DNA of 64,000 nucleotides from Minutocellus sp. GHC0000111 (taxonomy: Eukaryota). The first letter of the stretch is position 1; the number at the start of each line of letters is the position of its first letter. The position numbers and the translations under genes are program-made. The notes below the pieces were generated by a model. That model was not told where the DNA came from. It ran no database searches and saw only the letters and a list, made by a program, of their open reading frames with translations. This document shows positions 60,695 to 64,000 of this stretch, piece by piece. The DNA is taken from NCBI GenBank assembly GCA_977018835.1, contig OZ361256.1, positions 2,976,001 through 3,040,000 on the forward strand. Direction: 5' to 3'.

Positions 60695-61732
60695 TCAATT
60701 TTCCTTCAATCCGTCAATCCACTTCTTGAGCATGGCCGGCATCAGCCCCGACACTTCAAGCAAGCCTCCGATGCAAAAACCGACGCATGCCGTCGGCAGC
60801 AAAATGATACACGCCGCCGTCTCGCCCAGGATCTGTTTCCATCTCGGTTCCGTTGGCAACACGTATACCTTGAACAGCAACCAGCTTTGAACGTGCTGCA
60901 CAATCCGCAACTTGAGCCCGAACGACAACGGCAGCGTGAACACGACGCTGTTGATGGCAATCTTCTTGAGGATCCAGCTGGGATGTTGGACGGGATGATC
61001 CTCGAGCCACTGCTGATAGCAGGGCTTCAGACCCAACTCCTTCGCGCCGGATTTGATCATGTTCATGTACCTTCGAGAGGGGGCGGTATCGACCTCCAAC
61101 CGTACATGCTCCCGGGCACGGTACGCCACGGCCTGGACCGGTGGGTGCGATTCATCGTACGGAACGCACGTGACGATGATCTCCTCGTATCCCTGCATGC
61201 CCCCCCGACCACCGCCCTCGGATTTGTACACACGGTCGTAATCTTCGGCGGACAGCTTGATCAGTGCGCCGTGGCATTCCTCCTTCTCGTACGACTTCAA
61301 CGGCCGGCTCTCCGCATGCTTGAGGTTCCGACCATGGCCATTTTTGCCGCCGCTACCGTTCGATGTTACAGATGGCTTGGGCAGCGGCTCCAGCCCGCCC
61401 ATGGCCGGTTCCAACGGCGGAAAGGCCCTCATGTTGAACGCCAACCGATGATCGGGTATGACGCACGGTTCCATGCTCAGTATTTGAATCTTCTTGCCGC
61501 ACATGCTCCGATTTTCCAACTTTTTGCGCGACAAATTCGAGCCGACGCCGAAGTAGTAGATGGGGCGGTTGTTGGCCATGGCATCGAGGACGAGCTGGGG
61601 TCGCTCGGGGCCAGTTTTGGGATAGGAGGCGGCGTAGGAGCGGTACAGCAGGAGAGTTGCCGCAGCTGCCAGAGCTGCGGCGCTTGTGCTGGCCAGATTG
61701 CCGAGGGATTCCTGCATGTTGGAGAGAGTCAT
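60695..61732 (-). CDS. Gamma-glutamylcyclotransferase (GGCT)-like protein
   Basis: YYFGVGSNL, HRLAFN, HGALI, SEG, PSRRYM...GAKELGL. Confidence 0.8.
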   Translation of the reverse strand: MTLSNMQESLGNLASTSAAALAAAATLLLYRSYAASYPKTGPERPQLVLDAMANNRPIYYFGVGSNLSRKKLENRSMCGKKIQILSMEPCVIPDHRLAFNMRAFPPLEPAMGGLEPLPKPSVTSNGSGGKNGHGRNLKHAESRPLKSYEKEECHGALIKLSAEDYDRVYKSEGGGRGGMQGYEEIIVTCVPYDESHPPVQAVAYRAREHVRLEVDTAPSRRYMNMIKSGAKELGLKPCYQQWLEDHPVQHPSWILKKIAINSVVFTLPLSFGLKLRIVQHVQSWLLFKVYVLPTEPRWKQILGETAACIILLPTACVGFCIGGLLEVSGLMPAMLKKWIDGLKEN

Positions 61733-62097
61733 TTATTAGCTGCGATGATGTTTGGGAAGACCTGAGCACGAGCCAAGTTTAATGCGCACGTGAATTTTTG
61801 GGTAAATTATCAATCTGGACTGGTCACCGGGGAGAATTCAGCTTTGTCTACTACGTAATGCGGTCTTCGTGGCTGCTACTTCGTACCGCGTGCCCACAAG
61901 GCTCATTGTGGAAGCTGCCGATGCCAGTGGAAGCAACTTCGCCGAGATAGAAAAACGGGGTCCCACAATGAAGAATCGCACATCTGATGCTCTTTATGCG
62001 AGGCATCAACTAAAAGATATGAGCAGAAAGATACAGCTGTGAACTGTGAACCAAGAAGAAGAACAATCCAAGTCGACACCACAACTCACCTGAAATC

Positions 62098-64000
62098 ATG
62101 GACAACGCCCTGCAACCAATTGAACCAGGAGACGACGCATCGGCACAAGGTGCTGGAAATTCAGCTGAAAATGCAGCGGCAGCCCAACCAGCGGCGGCAG
62201 TCCTGCCGGCGCAGCAAGAAGCCGTCGACATACTGCTTCCGGAGGCCCAGCTCGCCTCGCTTCCGCCGGACGTCCTGCGACGTATTTTGTGCACCCTGCC
62301 GCTCTCGCAGCGTGCCAAACTTAGGAAGTCGGGATATGCCGCCCTTGCCGAGGCAGTGGCAGAATTCGATATCGAGCTGCTACGGTCGGTCTTTGAAGTG
62401 GAGAGCTCGAGGGAGGCAACAGCGACAACAGGCGACGATGCGATCTTCGATGCACTTCGCAGAGAGATGGTGGACACCGTCAGCAAGAAACGCTGGCTGG
62501 ACACAGCATCTGGTCCGACCAATAATTCGGACTGCACGTGTCCTCAAGACCGGCCGTGTCATTTGCGCCGTCTCACTAAAGGTGATTTCAACGCCCAGTG
62601 CGCACGCAAAAATGGGCGACACCTCGGCTCGTACAGCAAGGCCAAGCTCATTGATGGGCACATATTGGTGCTGTATTCCAGTTACTGGCACGACTTTGAG
62701 GCGTACGATCTCGACGACGGCAAATACATACCATTCAGCCCCGCCCATGCTCCCGATCGGCACTACGTGAACGACGAAGAAGAGAGGATGATGATGGGTT
62801 TGGACGCCTACGATGGCCGCCACGGCATGCTGGCAGGCGCCATGAGTGGCGGCGGAAGAGCCCATGGGGACTGGAGCGGCCCATATGTGTCTGTGTGGGA
62901 AATAGACACGGAAGAAAGCTTGTTGGCAATCGATCTCTATAAACCCAAGTGTCGCGTCCGTCAGGTAAACATCGTTTCTCGCGACAAGCTTGTCATTCTG
63001 TTGGAAGAAGCAGATGGAAGCTTCGCGATTCAGTGGCATCGCATACCCAAAACTCCGATTGATAGTGATTCCAATCCACCACCCCCCGATCCACCTGGCA
63101 TACGCGTTTCTTCCGAAAAGAGGAAGCGTCCCCGTTTGGAGAGATGGGGTAGTTGCGATAGCGATGAGGAAGAGACAACTTCTTATGATTATCGTACGAA
63201 ATATGAGTGGTGGCCTTGCCAACAAAGTCTTATTAAAACGGACAAGATTGGTAGATCTGGGCAGAGGGATGTGTTGATTGCGTCCGGCGGCAAAGGCTTT
63301 TTGGTCAGTTTGGTCAGGCGAGAGCTTACCGTTTGGTTGGTGTCGTCGATGGAACCAGTTCGCCGGTGCCAAGTACTTGGTGATGGAGACGCATTGAACT
63401 TCACCGATGATGATACACTTGGTCTTCTGTCTATGCATACAGATGTATTTCCAATTGAAGATAACAAGTATGATGGTTACTACTTTCTCGACGATGCCGA
63501 TGAAGTCCTTCCTGATATCAAAAGAAAAGGCAGTGTCCAAGGCTCATCGAACCCCATTGACCTCACCGAGGCCGATGCACTCACCATCCTGTCGAGGTTT
63601 TCCCTGATCACATATTGGGAACAGTACGAATTTGAGCTGGGCTATGCCGGATACGACAACGAGAAAAAGATAATAAACCCGTGCGCTCGGATGGAGGAAG
63701 GATCCTGCTCGCCGCAACTTGATTGCGTTGTGCGCGTGGCATTTGTCATGAACCGTTCGGGACGCGAATTGAATCAATACGTCTTTCATTTGGATCTGAA
63801 GCCTTTCGCACATCTTCGCCTCCGAGAATCATTGGAGTTTTGGAGATATGATGAGGAAATGCGCGAGGCAAATTTGGATGAATATTTCGCAGCTTGTTTG
63901 GGTGAACCTTCCCCCAAGACTGGAAAGATCGGTATATGGGAGAACGCTTACGGTGGACTCCAAAGTCATGAGAAGAAGTATGGGCATGAAAAGATGCACG
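62098..64000 (+). CDS. F-box protein, runs off the window end (absent from the ORF track)
   Basis: ATG 62098 MDNALQP...LASLPPDVLRRILCTLPLSQRAKLRK (F-box); the frame was open wherever I checked it, through to 64000. Confidence 0.75.
   Translation, partial: MDNALQPIEPGDDASAQGAGNSAENAAAAQPAAAVLPAQQEAVDILLPEAQLASLPPDVLRRILCTLPLSQRAKLRKSGYAALAEAVAEFDIELLRSVFEVESSREATATTGDDAIFDALRREMVDTVSKKRWLDTASGPTNNSDCTCPQDRPCHLRRLTKGDFNAQCARKNGRHLGSYSKAKLIDGHILVLYSSYWHDFEAYDLDDGKYIPFSPAHAPDRHYVNDEEERMMMGLDAYDGRHGMLAGAMSGGGRAHGDWSGPYVSVWEIDTEESLLAIDLYKPKCRVRQVNIVSRDKLVILLEEADGSFAIQWHRIPKTPIDSDSNPPPPDPPGIRVSSEKRKRPRLERWGSCDSDEEETTSYDYRTKYEWWPCQQSLIKTDKIGRSGQRDVLIASGGKGFLVSLVRRELTVWLVSSMEPVRRCQVLGDGDALNFTDDDTLGLLSMHTDVFPIEDNKYDGYYFLDDADEVLPDIKRKGSVQGSSNPIDLTEADALTILSRFSLITYWEQYEFELGYAGYDNEKKIINPCARMEEGSCSPQLDCVVRVAFVMNRSGRELNQYVFHLDLKPFAHLRLRESLEFWRYDEEMREANLDEYFAACLGEPSPKTGKIGIWENAYGGLQSHEKKYGHEKMH

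Noticed and set aside
60887..61765. 292-aa plus-strand ORF
   Set aside because: Antisense shadow of the GGCT-like gene
62010..63540. Minus-strand ORFs (62010-62537, 62380-63540) and plus ORF 62039-62770
   Set aside because: The better gene model is the plus-strand F-box frame starting at 62098, missed by the track because it has no stop in the window

Overview
Eukaryotic nuclear DNA, most likely from a diatom: it has GT-AG introns, bipartite 'ASAF'-type plastid presequences, a CP12-like gene, DUF6824 and a CoDi-like copia element. Two structures dominate the window. (1) A complete 1,864-bp non-autonomous Ty1/copia LTR element at 2329-4192 (minus strand, GAAGG target-site duplication) encodes a gag fused in frame to the RNase H tail. 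It has no tRNA-type primer-binding site; the 11 nt next to the 5' LTR are instead the exact reverse complement of an 11-mer inside the LTR, the signature of Tf1-type self-priming. (2) A near-identical 23,050-bp tandem duplication (5400-28449 / 28450-51499) carries about 11 genes, including ClpP, CP12, a bacterial-type hexokinase with a mitochondrial-like presequence, a membrane-anchored TRAP (DctP/TakP-like) solute-binding protein and a DUF6824-STAND ATPase. The unique right part holds a Cys-rich secreted protein, a SWEET transporter, a histidine phosphatase, a lumenal pentapeptide-repeat protein, a dCache_1 amino-acid-motif class C GPCR, a GGCT-like protein and an F-box protein. An unusually large fraction of the genes carry frameshifts, stops or truncations. 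All protein-family calls come from motif recognition by eye, not from database searches.
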